Below are positions 18,240-27,450 of a stretch of DNA of 30,922 nucleotides, piece after piece (position 1 is the first letter of the stretch; every line of letters starts with the position of its first letter). The notes below the pieces were generated by a model. The model searched no databases, was not told the DNA's origin, and saw only the letters and a program-made list of their open reading frames with translations. Both the position numbers and the translations under genes were made by a program. Source of the stretch: a virus (taxonomy: Duplodnaviria; Caudoviricetes); the IMG/VR virus record IMGVR_UViG_3300010268_000085, positions 1 to 30,922 of that record; one strand, given 5' to 3'.

Positions 18240-18843
18240 CAGTGTTTTCCTCCTCTAGCTCATTGAGCCTATTTTCAAGTTCTCTTATTCTGTCTTTTAA
18301 GACCTCAATCTGTTGTACAAAAGCCAATTCGTCCTCGAAATCTTTTATAACAAATACATTGTCACAGCCTTTAAATCCAAATACAAGATACCATGAACGT
18401 CGTCCGGCGAGATACGCTTCTGACTTTATCTTCTCCAGCTGGCTCTTATGGACCGTGAACGTCTTCTCGCCCTTTGAGGTAACGGTTCCACGCTCCTTGC
18501 ACTCGATGAGATCTTTCGCTGTAACGATATCACCCGGCATAGACCATATAGCTCCGCTATTAGGTCTGCGGTAAGCAATATTCCTTGGATTACTGGAGGC
18601 ATTGTGTACCTGGGAATTATCCTTCGCCAGTTTCTTCTGTATACGCTTCTGTACACGCTTCTCAAAGTTCATACCCTCTTTCGGCTTCTTCTTAATGCCT
18701 TCAGCCTTTCTTTTAGCTTGTTTTTCCTTTAGTTCCATCCACCTGGGACGTTTAAACAGGCGTTCTCCGTCACACAGGTAGCACAAACTATTGTTCGTGC
18801 ATATACTATGTTTTTCTTTGTCACACTTAGGGCTAAGATCCAT
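18226..18843 (-). CDS. Hjc-type Holliday junction resolvase / PD-(D/E)XK nuclease
   Basis: GMNFEKRV, RRPNSGA, GDI, IECKE; N-terminal Cys cluster. Confidence 0.7.
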   Translation of the reverse strand: MDLSPKCDKEKHSICTNNSLCYLCDGERLFKRPRWMELKEKQAKRKAEGIKKKPKEGMNFEKRVQKRIQKKLAKDNSQVHNASSNPRNIAYRRPNSGAIWSMPGDIVTAKDLIECKERGTVTSKGEKTFTVHKSQLEKIKSEAYLAGRRSWYLVFGFKGCDNVFVIKDFEDELAFVQQIEVLKDRIRELENRLNELEEENTDGTH

Positions 18844-19283
18844 TATAAGCTCGCCTCGACTTTAAATAGTGACAAGAATGTTACGATGGATTCCTTTTTT
18901 CGTTCTATTATATCGAGCAGTGTCTCGACCTGTTCTTTCTGTTCTCTTGATTTTGCTTCCATATCAAACAGATTAACCGTTTGGCCATCTTCTGTACGAT
19001 AACTTTCAAGTGCCATAACGCCATTTGCCCGTCTTGCAGATTCGCTTGAACCTGTTCTTCCTTTAGCTTCGATCCTGTATATTAACCTTTGTAATGCGGC
19101 GTCCCTGGCCTTTACTCTACCGTATATTGGCCTTAAGTCTTCATATATCTTCTGAAGTTCACTTTGGATGTACTTTACTCGTCCCGGATCCATGTCTGGA
19201 GTTATTGTAAGGGACCTTATGCGTCTTTCAAAGTCTTGCATTGTGTTGTTCCATTGTTCATCCGAAGGCAGCTGTATACTCAT
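18843..19283 (-). CDS. Hypothetical coiled-coil protein (possibly UvsY-like recombination mediator)
   Basis: All-helical 146 aa, between the kinase and resolvase genes. The function is a guess. Confidence 0.5.
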   Translation of the reverse strand: MSIQLPSDEQWNNTMQDFERRIRSLTITPDMDPGRVKYIQSELQKIYEDLRPIYGRVKARDAALQRLIYRIEAKGRTGSSESARRANGVMALESYRTEDGQTVNLFDMEAKSREQKEQVETLLDIIERKKESIVTFLSLFKVEASL

Positions 19284-19987
19284 TTTCCCCCTCCTATTAA
19301 TTTGCGTATATTATCAAGCATCTCATTGGCCGGGACGTCTGCGTCGATTACATAGTCAAACATCATATAGTCAAGAGACGTCTCTGACGGGTGGTTTAGT
19401 TTTGATTCTTCTATTCTACCATATAGTTTCTTTAATCGTTGTTCTTGTACCTCTCTTGAAACATGGAGTCGTATCAGTACAAAACCATTGTTTCGAAGCA
19501 TTTCGAACTCATTGGGAAACCGTAGATCATCGACAACTATTTTCCCGTCAAAGCCTTTTATCTTTTTTTCTACCGCGTTTACCCATATATTGTCATTAAC
19601 GTACCTGCGCATGTAATCCGTGCCAACTTTTTGCAACATATCACGTATGCGATCGGTTTTCTTAGAACCCATTGGGTCGTAGTAGATCACGTCAGAGAAT
19701 TCTTCCATTATAGCGAACACTTGGGTAAGTGCGTCTCCGTATTCTTTCTCATTCAATGTAATGCGGTCAAGATCATCGGAGATGGCCTTAAGCAGTGCCA
19801 CCTTCGCAGCCTGCGGAGCATTCGTATTTCTTATACGGTTAAAATTTGCTATGTCTCTGCACAAGAACTTAACTTCATCACCGAAGCTCATTCTAACATA
19901 GTCGAACTCCGATATCAGCATATTCGCTACGGTTGTCTTACCAGAGCACATTTTGCCCGAAATTGCTATTTTGTCAAAGTTACCCAT
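19280..19987 (-). CDS. Deoxynucleoside monophosphate kinase
   Basis: ISGKMCSGKTTVA, SFGDEVK, RDMLQKVGT, VVDDLRFPNE, HPSE. Confidence 0.88.
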   Translation of the reverse strand: MGNFDKIAISGKMCSGKTTVANMLISEFDYVRMSFGDEVKFLCRDIANFNRIRNTNAPQAAKVALLKAISDDLDRITLNEKEYGDALTQVFAIMEEFSDVIYYDPMGSKKTDRIRDMLQKVGTDYMRRYVNDNIWVNAVEKKIKGFDGKIVVDDLRFPNEFEMLRNNGFVLIRLHVSREVQEQRLKKLYGRIEESKLNHPSETSLDYMMFDYVIDADVPANEMLDNIRKLIGGGK

Positions 19988-20029
19988 AGACCTTACTTAT
20001 TCCCCCATAACTCATATATCTGTATGGGC

Positions 20030-20362
20030 TTACCTTTTAAGTCTGACTTTGAGCTCATTAAGCATTACAAGTACCCCATACAGTCTATTAGCGATACCAT
20101 CTATAAGTTCTGTTATATCGTCAGAATCGCCCACATAGTATATAGTGTCCGGTTTCGTCCTGCTGTGCGACTTGACGACCTTTATCATGTTCTTCTCTTT
20201 GAGTTTTTGTATCATCCGCCACGTAGTGGATGTAGAAAGGTTAAGTTCGTCTGCAATATGTGACAACGGAAGCTGTATTCCATCTTGTGTTTCTTCAGTT
20301 TTTCGCTTGATATAATCTAGGACTTCCGTTTCTGGTCTGGTCATAAAGTACCTCCCTTCCAT
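20030..20362 (-). CDS. Winged-helix transcriptional regulator
   Basis: LSHIADELNLSTSTTWRMIQKLKEKNMIKV. Confidence 0.75.
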   Translation of the reverse strand: MEGRYFMTRPETEVLDYIKRKTEETQDGIQLPLSHIADELNLSTSTTWRMIQKLKEKNMIKVVKSHSRTKPDTIYYVGDSDDITELIDGIANRLYGVLVMLNELKVRLKR

Positions 20363-20367
20363 TTTCT

Positions 20368-20396
20368 ATTATATACTGGAAAGGAAGTCTTGTCAA
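20368..20396 (-). promoter_or_regulatory. Consensus sigma-A promoter
   Basis: Minus strand TTGACA-17 nt-TATAAT. Confidence 0.85.
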
Positions 20397-20450
20397 CCGT
20401 TTTTCAGGTAGTATTTCATGTACTTAGTAAGAAAAAAAGAGGCTGTATTT

Positions 20451-22094
20451 CTACAGCCTCACTCTGTTAATCTGAGCTACGTGTGCACCCGTGCCTTCGA
20501 TCTCATACTTCAGGGCTTCAAGTACTGCTTCACTCCAGCCATAGAAGTATGCTACGCTTGGCTCATTGTCGCTTGCTATTCTGGGTCTATACGGTGCTAC
20601 GTCTATTATGAATAGCCTTGCATCGGGGTTAACCATTCTTCTGTATTTCCTAAACAGCTGCACAACCGGGGTGCCAGCATTTTGCTGTTCGTCAGTAATT
20701 ATAATTATATTGTCAACTTTTATGGGTCTGCTTGTCCTTTCTGATCGAGGAAAGTTAGCATGATACTTGGAAGCAAACATACTTAAGCCGCTCCTGCCAA
20801 CTTCTCCGAGCAGGTGTTCTATTGAAACACCAACATTTGTGCCGCCGCCGCACAGATCTACACACCTAGATACGTTCGTCATGACAGAGTCACTCATGTC
20901 TATCTGCGGGTGAACCAGAGCTGTATTAAAGCACAAGAATATTGCGTCGTTGGACTTTTTTAGTGCGGAAATACCCAGCAGTGCCCCAATCTCAATATAA
21001 TCACCGCTCATTGAGCCGGATATGTCAAGGAATATAGCATTTCTACCTAGCAGCATATCTACGTTCGACAAGGACAGATCAAGTGCTCTGTTAAGTGCTT
21101 CCTTAATATTTCTGTTGCCGTTATAATTCTTATAAGCTGTCGTAAATCTGAACGGAAGCATCTTCGAATTCCTGATCACATCCGGGTTAGTAAGTCTTTC
21201 AACGACGTGTTCAACATTGCTTGGATTGTTAAATACACCAGCGGCCTCGAGCGTATTTAAGTGTCTTACCAATGCGAATATTGGCATCTGGTACATAAGG
21301 CTTTCCCAGATCTCGCGTGTCGGCTTAATAATACCGGTAACGATTTCGTACGGGAGTCTGCCGCAGGAAATGAGCTCATTTGCTCTCTTCGTAAACTCAA
21401 TATCGTCGTACTCATTTCTGTGCTGCGCCAGGATCTTTAGATCTTCGATTGCGCGTACCTGGTCAAGAACACTGGATACTTCTTTTCGTGTAAGGTACCT
21501 AAATAGGTCTGACTGGAAGCTATTCTTCGGGATCGGGTGGGTTTCTCTGATTATATCGCTGAGTGTCCACTTACCTGTTCCTTCTCCACCGCCGTACTTA
21601 ATAGCGTGATACTGAGATAAACCTTCGCCCTTGTGGTTCGTGAGCCAATTGTTTATAGCTCTCTTAACAGTGCGTCCAAAGCCCTTACCGTTTCTCAGGT
21701 TTCCTATGACAGTAACAAAGTCTGTCAGGTCATTCGGTGTCAGAATAACCTTATTAAATGCTGCGTGGAAGTAACTCTTGTCATTGCATAGCGACAGGTA
21801 TGCAAGGCCTACTATTGGCTGCAGCCTCATAAAACCATGGTTTCTTGCATACGTTATGGCCTTTGCCATAAACTTCGGATTTGTGTCCTTCATCTTTTCG
21901 TGCAATGCAAGAGAATACTTGAACAGCTCGTTATCCGACATATAATAGGTATTGCCCACTGTATTCGTCATAACCATCTGTACGTACTGTTCAGACAGGC
22001 TTACGTTGTATGCCGGATAACCGTCAAAGTTCTTCGTGTCGGGAAGGATTATACCTTCATTTCTTCTACCAAACAGATTCTTTGCTCTACTCAT
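20451..22094 (-). CDS. rsr: Ro60/TROVE-domain RNA-binding protein with VWA domain (start probably MSRAKN)
   Basis: NFDGYPAY, YARNHGFMRLQP, KGFGRTVKRAINNWL, YHAIKY, MPIFALVRHLNTL, SKMLPFRF, VWA MIDAS DISGSM, GGGTN, ITDEQ. Confidence 0.9.
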   Translation of the reverse strand: MSRAKNLFGRRNEGIILPDTKNFDGYPAYNVSLSEQYVQMVMTNTVGNTYYMSDNELFKYSLALHEKMKDTNPKFMAKAITYARNHGFMRLQPIVGLAYLSLCNDKSYFHAAFNKVILTPNDLTDFVTVIGNLRNGKGFGRTVKRAINNWLTNHKGEGLSQYHAIKYGGGEGTGKWTLSDIIRETHPIPKNSFQSDLFRYLTRKEVSSVLDQVRAIEDLKILAQHRNEYDDIEFTKRANELISCGRLPYEIVTGIIKPTREIWESLMYQMPIFALVRHLNTLEAAGVFNNPSNVEHVVERLTNPDVIRNSKMLPFRFTTAYKNYNGNRNIKEALNRALDLSLSNVDMLLGRNAIFLDISGSMSGDYIEIGALLGISALKKSNDAIFLCFNTALVHPQIDMSDSVMTNVSRCVDLCGGGTNVGVSIEHLLGEVGRSGLSMFASKYHANFPRSERTSRPIKVDNIIIITDEQQNAGTPVVQLFRKYRRMVNPDARLFIIDVAPYRPRIASDNEPSVAYFYGWSEAVLEALKYEIEGTGAHVAQINRVRL

Positions 22095-22161
22095 AAATAT
22101 TACCCCTTTCCACCTCATCTATGAGGAAAATATATTATTAGAATCAGTTTTTCGGCTTTAT

Positions 22162-22209
22162 CTAATAATAGCAAGAAGATACCCACCTCTATAGGGTGGG
22201 GTAGTTGAC
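22162..22209. mobile_element. Collapsed 48-bp IS200/IS605 mini-element (left and right ends sharing one hairpin)
   Basis: TTAT|ctaataatagcaagaagatacccacctctatagggtggggtagttgac. The left part matches the end at 7839-7889 (reverse complement) and the right part matches the end at 23930. Confidence 0.6.
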
Positions 22210-22220
22210 TTTAATAATTA

Positions 22221-22445
22221 TCACTCCTTTTTACCTTCAATTAGTTTATTAATTTCTTCACTTAATTTTTCCTGCAATTCAGCAACTTCATCAAAGCTAT
22301 ATCCACTACATGGATATTTGTACTTATCCACAAAAAATTTTATATTTTCATTATTAGCAAAATATAATGCACCTGCAATAATGCCCAATTCTTCTTCGGA
22401 TAATTCTAATGAAAACACTCTTTTTGTAAATACTCTTGATTGCAT
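22221..22445 (-). CDS. Hypothetical AT-rich protein (start at MQSRVF)
   Basis: RBS AAAGGAG; lower GC than its neighbours. Confidence 0.55.
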   Translation of the reverse strand: MQSRVFTKRVFSLELSEEELGIIAGALYFANNENIKFFVDKYKYPCSGYSFDEVAELQEKLSEEINKLIEGKKE

Positions 22446-22549
22446 ATTACACTCCTTTCTTGGTATTACCAGAACCACCTTATCGAGTGTATTGCAGTTT
22501 TACTGCCACTTTCTCGATTTAAGCCGCCAAACCGACTTTTATTATTACA

Positions 22550-23134
22550 TTAAGAGCTTACTGCTTTTCTGAGTTCTTCGTCAGTACCATTATTTTCACT
22601 AACTGCCTGTGGCATAGCCGATCTTAACAATTCTTCAAGCTTAATCCCTGACCATTTTTCTACCCATTTCTGTCGGGCTAGCAGTATTAATGTATTCGAG
22701 TTGCCAAGATACATCTGCATTCTTGTATCAGTGATGAGCCCCTGTCTGTAAAGTTTTCTGCATATCTTTGAGCCGAATTGTTCTGCTTTATCATAATCAA
22801 TCTCTTTCCCTGATTTCCATTGCAGGTAATGGTGTACCTGGCAGAATGCTACCTTTGCCAGCGCTGACCAGTAGTCAATACCCAAAAATGATGCGTAGTC
22901 TATAATTGCGTCGATATATAGGTATATCTTTACATCTTTCGCACCATCCTCGGGTGTCATCAGTTCGCCAAGGAAGAAGCTTCTTTTTTTATCAACACCA
23001 ACACACAAATTTATCAGAGACATAAGCTCGTCCTGATTGTAACGTACTCCAGATTTGTTTATAGCACGTGACAGGAACAGCGATGTCTCATGCAATAAGT
23101 CTTTGATGATATCATTTCCGTTTTCCATGTACAT
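22550..23134 (-). CDS. Hypothetical protein, degenerate metallopeptidase-like
   Basis: IYLY...LAKVAFCQVHHYLQW resembles an HExxH helix without HE; RBS AGGAG. Confidence 0.5.
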   Translation of the reverse strand: MYMENGNDIIKDLLHETSLFLSRAINKSGVRYNQDELMSLINLCVGVDKKRSFFLGELMTPEDGAKDVKIYLYIDAIIDYASFLGIDYWSALAKVAFCQVHHYLQWKSGKEIDYDKAEQFGSKICRKLYRQGLITDTRMQMYLGNSNTLILLARQKWVEKWSGIKLEELLRSAMPQAVSENNGTDEELRKAVSS

Positions 23135-23152
23135 GCTCCTGCTTTGTCGTTA

Positions 23153-23656
23153 TTATTTGCTATACCTGTCTGCTACACTTGAGGCCGCAACAGGATACTC
23201 ATAACCTTTGTCCATAAGTCTTGATGTGTCTTTTATGCATGCTTCAAACCCGCAGCTTTCTATATATCTTACAAGTTCTTTTATGAGCATTGAGGTCTTT
23301 CCTGTCTTCCCTATATCAAGGTGTATTACTACATCAACAGGAAAGTTTTCGCCTGATATTATTTTGTCTTTGAACTGTATAGCAACTTCGAGACTCCTGG
23401 ATGCCTCGTCATAGATTTTTTCACGGAGGCTTATGTCCCGTTTCTTTACGGTAGTTATCTCAGTAAAGAATATGCATCCTTTACCTACTCTGTGAACTAT
23501 GATTGCAGATACAAGCTTTAGACTATCTCCGTGTTGCTGTGAGTCACAGCCTATCATGACGTGGTATTCCGAGTCCGGCTCAGACATAATGTATTCCTTT
23601 ATCTTTTCAAAAACCTCATCTAGTGTAAGCCAACCGTAAGTAATACTCCTATACAT
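23153..23656 (-). CDS. RNase H-like YkuK/DUF458 protein
   Basis: IGCDSQ, AIIVHRVGKG, EASRSL, IHLDIG..GKT, AASSVADRYSK. Confidence 0.85.
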   Translation of the reverse strand: MYRSITYGWLTLDEVFEKIKEYIMSEPDSEYHVMIGCDSQQHGDSLKLVSAIIVHRVGKGCIFFTEITTVKKRDISLREKIYDEASRSLEVAIQFKDKIISGENFPVDVVIHLDIGKTGKTSMLIKELVRYIESCGFEACIKDTSRLMDKGYEYPVAASSVADRYSK

Positions 23657-23659
23657 AAG

Positions 23660-23930
23660 TATTTACCTTTCGACTATTAGACTTAGCAAATCGCTTGGCG
23701 TAATACAGCCGCCTTTAATTGATACAGTGTTGTCGGCATGCAGCTGTCCATCATATAAAGATTCAGGGGTATTGTATTCTAGCAGGTGCTTAATACCAAC
23801 ATGACCACCCCCATAATTTTGGTTTGTGGAGTGCGTGAGCACGTTAGTATTATATAGCTTAGCTCTGAGTGTTGAAAATATCAACTAAGGCTTTTGCAAG
23901 CCTCCGTTTCTATAAACGGGGGTAGTTGAC
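23660..23930 (-). ncRNA. Orphan omega-RNA/HEARO-like element beginning at an IS200/IS605 end
   Basis: Minus strand begins gtcaactacccccgtttatagaaacggaggcttgcaaaagccttagttga and ends taatagtcgaaagg, both like IscB omega-RNA termini. The interior is atypical and no iscB follows. Confidence 0.55.
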
Positions 23931-23937
23931 TCTCTTC

Positions 23938-24513
23938 TTAGGCAAGGATTTCTTCGAAGAACCTTTGTATCTCCCACCAGTTGTGTACTCTTTTTAAATG
24001 CGTATATTCGTGATTCCACGGACACGGTCCGTCGTACAATAGACCAATTCTACTTGGCCTTTTGTTTGTAAACGCCTCTATATTATCGCCGGAGTCGTCT
24101 ATCAGAACATCCCCGTCAAATAACGCTTTATTATTTATAAATATGATATTTCTTGACGGTATATGCGGGAAGTGTTCAATTAGCCACTTCGTCTTATCCA
24201 TAGCAACTTCGGAACAGTATGATGTTACTATGTATATGTCCTGCTTCTTTTCCTTAATGAGCCACCTTGTAACTTCCTGTGAGCCTTCATTTGGTCTTAT
24301 GTCTTCATAGAAGAATCCCGGCCTTAAGAGTATTTCCATAAGTCCGTGGGCACCACATTCAGGTTTTGTGATCTTGTACCAGTCCCACATCGTTAGGTCG
24401 TTAAGTGTCAAGTTGTCGTCATATTCCTCATTATAAATCTTTAGCCATTTTTCGTTCATGTTGCTTAATGTAGAGTCAAGGTCTATTCCTATTATCATCA
24501 TCCTTTCCTCCAA
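23938..24513 (-). CDS. 5'(3')-deoxyribonucleotidase (HAD family)
   Basis: IGIDLDSTL, IVTS, KTKWLIEHFP, DVLIDD, PWN, RVHNW. Confidence 0.88.
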   Translation of the reverse strand: MEERMMIIGIDLDSTLSNMNEKWLKIYNEEYDDNLTLNDLTMWDWYKITKPECGAHGLMEILLRPGFFYEDIRPNEGSQEVTRWLIKEKKQDIYIVTSYCSEVAMDKTKWLIEHFPHIPSRNIIFINNKALFDGDVLIDDSGDNIEAFTNKRPSRIGLLYDGPCPWNHEYTHLKRVHNWWEIQRFFEEILA

Positions 24514-24874
24514 GTATCCAGTTGTTTTGTCTCTTTTTATAAGTTTTATTTATCATTCCAAGTACTTCTTCTGGCAAGAATTTTACTGGTACATAGCCTT
24601 CTTCAAACTCTTCTGGATCCAGCTCATACTCGTCGAGTATGTCTTGTGGAATATCATCAAGTCTTATAGCTTCAAGCTTTTCATCGTCTTTTAATTCGAG
24701 TATCACAAGCAGGTCAGTAAACATCATGTCAATTTCTTCGAGAATTTCGTTTCTTTCATCAAGGTCTTTGGCTGCAATAATTTGGTCGACAAGGCGGCAG
24801 AGATCCTTTTTCATCTCATTAATATCAAGTTCTTCCCACATTTTACGGAATGGATTATCAATAAATTCAGGCAT
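24476..24874 (-). CDS. Hypothetical acidic protein
   Basis: 132 aa, strongly D/E-rich; RBS GGGGGA. Confidence 0.6.
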   Translation of the reverse strand: MPEFIDNPFRKMWEELDINEMKKDLCRLVDQIIAAKDLDERNEILEEIDMMFTDLLVILELKDDEKLEAIRLDDIPQDILDEYELDPEEFEEGYVPVKFLPEEVLGMINKTYKKRQNNWILGGKDDDNRNRP

Positions 24875-24888
24875 TGTTCATCCCCCAG

Positions 24889-25095
24889 TCATTTTCTGTC
24901 TTTTCCGAAGTCAGCGGGTAAACTATGGCCATCTCCGCGTGTCCATTGTGTTCTATCTTCGTCTTTATCATGGTAGATTGTTGAGTCCGGCGCGCGCTTA
25001 CCGGGATTTGCTTTCATGCCTTTCGGGATGGTCTGGCCCTTACTGCTTGTTTTCTTTCCTTTGTAAAACCTGCTGTAGTTAGCCTTCTGTGACAT
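24889..25095 (-). CDS. Small basic hypothetical protein (start at MSQKAN)
   Basis: RBS AGGAGGT upstream of 25095. Confidence 0.55.
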   Translation of the reverse strand: MSQKANYSRFYKGKKTSSKGQTIPKGMKANPGKRAPDSTIYHDKDEDRTQWTRGDGHSLPADFGKDRK

Positions 25096-25106
25096 GTGCA
25101 CACCTC

Positions 25107-25874
25107 CTATTCTATTGTCCAAAAGTCCCATACGTGACCTCTATTGACATATGCATACGGCATATAAAAGTATCCATGGTCACCCCAGTTCTTTCCCCAG
25201 GAATTGCGTATGATTAGATATCCCTTATAGCCGACTAGTATGTTAAAGTACAGATCTTCATAGCCTACTACAGCTACGGCATGGTTGCCTACATGCTTCT
25301 CGCCGGCGATATTGATATTCATCTCGCCATTCTGGCCAGTATCGAAGAAACTTTCATATACTTCCATTCCAACTAGTACTGGCTGTTGCCTGAACGCCAG
25401 GCATTGTTTGATCTGTAACAGGCTATGTAATGACCGATACGCATTTATCTTGTACTTTGCTGCGTTTTCGTGTACTGCATTTGTCGGAGGTTCTTTAAAT
25501 CTTTCTATTATGTACGGCATATACTTTTCTTCGCATATACCATACTTATGAAGTGCTTTACATATCGTCCTGATCGAGGCACCGCTGTCTTCGTCAACTT
25601 TGCCTTCAATTACGCGTTCCATATAATAAAGATATAACTCTGATAAATCGAGTTTTGGATCTTTGGCCAGCATGGTTCTTGCAAAGGCACCAGCATGCCC
25701 TGTGCATGCACCGAGAGACAGCTGATCTGTAGGTTTAGGACATTTGTCTCTTAAATCGACTTTTCGAGGAAGACGCAAGTGTTGCACTGACTGTGCTACG
25801 TCAGAAAAGCTAAGATCTCTTAAATCAGGTGTATCCCTTCGCAGGTTAAATACGTGCCCATTGACTGTGTTCAT
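25107..25874 (-). CDS. Papain-family (C1) cysteine peptidase
   Basis: LPRKVDLR, DQLSLGAC, HAVAVVGY, IIRNSWG..WG..GYFYMPY. Confidence 0.92.
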   Translation of the reverse strand: MNTVNGHVFNLRRDTPDLRDLSFSDVAQSVQHLRLPRKVDLRDKCPKPTDQLSLGACTGHAGAFARTMLAKDPKLDLSELYLYYMERVIEGKVDEDSGASIRTICKALHKYGICEEKYMPYIIERFKEPPTNAVHENAAKYKINAYRSLHSLLQIKQCLAFRQQPVLVGMEVYESFFDTGQNGEMNINIAGEKHVGNHAVAVVGYEDLYFNILVGYKGYLIIRNSWGKNWGDHGYFYMPYAYVNRGHVWDFWTIE

Positions 25875-26859
25875 ATACTACTGCCTCCTCCATAGCTTTT
25901 CCGATCTCCTGACCAATCAACTGCAAAACATCTATAACAACAGAATTACCAAATTGCTTATAGGCTTGATTATCACTTTTACATATTTTGTAGCTGTCAG
26001 GGAATCCCATTAACCTTGCACATTCTCTCGGATGTAATTTTCTAGTTTTCCCATTAATTAAGTATCCTCCGGTCTTGGCAAATACACCTCCACCATCAGC
26101 CGAAAGCGTTATTGCTATGCCTTTTACGCTGTATATCCTTTCGCCTTGACCGCCTTTATTTACTATTCCTAATCTAATTGGTTTATTACTGTACTTATTA
26201 TCTTCAACTCCATTGAAATAAGTATCCGGTCGCTGTACGTATAGATGCTCTACCAAACTTTCGTCTTTTATTAAAATATCTTCAACATGTTTTTTTAATG
26301 GAAAAGGCCTAGGGAAATAAAACTTTTCTACAGCCAAATCGTTTCTAAAGCAAACCATGTAAATACGCTCTCTCTTCTGAGGAATTCCATAATCAGCAGA
26401 ATTCAGAACTTTCTGATAAAATTTATATCCTAATTCTTCCATTATAGTTTTAACAACCGATAAAGTTCTGCCATTATCGTGAGAAGCAAAGTTCTTAACA
26501 TTTTCCATAAAAACAACCTTGGGTTTTTTGGCTTTCACAATTCTTGCGACATCAAAAAATAATGTACCTCTACTATCTTCAAATCCACGCTGTTTCCCAC
26601 TTATTGAGAAAGCCTGACATGGAAATCCAGCACATAGAATATCATGATCAGGAATAGAGTTTTCATCTACTTGAGTAATGTCTCCATCAGGGATATCTCC
26701 AAAATTCTCGATATAAACTTCTCTAACCGCTTCATCCCATTCGCTTGAATAAACGCATTTTGCACCTAGCGATTCCAAAGCAATTCGAAAACCACCTAAT
26801 CCTGCAAATAAATCTATAAATGTATAGCCAGAAAGCAACTTTTTTTCAATATCAATCAT
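25846..26859 (-). CDS. C5-cytosine DNA methyltransferase, M.HhaI-like (likely GCGC)
   Basis: FIDLFAGLGG, AGFPCQAFS, ENV, QKRER. The target-recognition region KGGQGERIYS..GIAITLSA.GGG.FAKTGGYL matches my recollection of M.HhaI. Confidence 0.92.
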   Translation of the reverse strand: MIDIEKKLLSGYTFIDLFAGLGGFRIALESLGAKCVYSSEWDEAVREVYIENFGDIPDGDITQVDENSIPDHDILCAGFPCQAFSISGKQRGFEDSRGTLFFDVARIVKAKKPKVVFMENVKNFASHDNGRTLSVVKTIMEELGYKFYQKVLNSADYGIPQKRERIYMVCFRNDLAVEKFYFPRPFPLKKHVEDILIKDESLVEHLYVQRPDTYFNGVEDNKYSNKPIRLGIVNKGGQGERIYSVKGIAITLSADGGGVFAKTGGYLINGKTRKLHPRECARLMGFPDSYKICKSDNQAYKQFGNSVVIDVLQLIGQEIGKAMEEAVVYEHSQWARI

Positions 26860-26934
26860 TGTAAACCTCCTAAAAAAAAGGTGGTATCCAACATTCTTTT
26901 CTTTTTCTGTTCAAAAATCTTGGTTTTCTATATC

Positions 26935-27174
26935 TTATTTTTCTGTTTCTTCTACTACGTCTAAACATACGTCTTTCATCAAGCTTCTTTTTAATTCCTC
27001 CTGGACTTTCTCAACAAACGACAGTGTCTTTACACTGTTAATAAAGTCTGGGTTTGTCTCGAGCAGGTATATACCCATCATTTCTGAAACCAAGGTCACA
27101 TAACCGAACTGTGACAGTTCATCGGCTATTTCCTGTGATACTTCATTTACTTTGACAAGGTACGGCTTTAACAT
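26935..27174 (-). CDS. Hypothetical protein, possibly protease propeptide/I9-inhibitor-like
   Basis: 79 aa; YLVKV...[10 protein letters not shown] pattern; RBS AAGGAG. Confidence 0.5.
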   Translation of the reverse strand: MLKPYLVKVNEVSQEIADELSQFGYVTLVSEMMGIYLLETNPDFINSVKTLSFVEKVQEELKRSLMKDVCLDVVEETEK

Positions 27175-27207
27175 ACTTTTTACACTCCTTAAGAGCCATA
27201 AACGGCG

Positions 27208-27450
27208 TTATTTGACTTCAATTATATAGAAGTTCTTCACAATCCATTCCTCTTCATGTATATCCATGTGATCTTTTCCATCCCATGGACTTAGCCAGTG
27301 CTTTGCTCCCACATCGTCTATGGTATACCACCCGCGATCTTTTTCCCCAAGCTCATAGGTTGCTATGTATTGCCTGTCTGCAGAAAAGTGTTTACGCCCG
27401 TTTATGATAATATCTCTTTTAGGTACAAGGATTGCTCTTACTCCGCGCAT
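27208..27450 (-). CDS. Hypothetical protein
   Basis: 80 aa; RBS AAGGAGGT. Confidence 0.6.
   Translation of the reverse strand: MRGVRAILVPKRDIIINGRKHFSADRQYIATYELGEKDRGWYTIDDVGAKHWLSPWDGKDHMDIHEEEWIVKNFYIIEVK

Noticed and set aside
23663-23884. 73-aa ORF in the track
   Set aside because: It lies inside the omega-RNA-like element, with a TTG start, no RBS and no recognisable motif.
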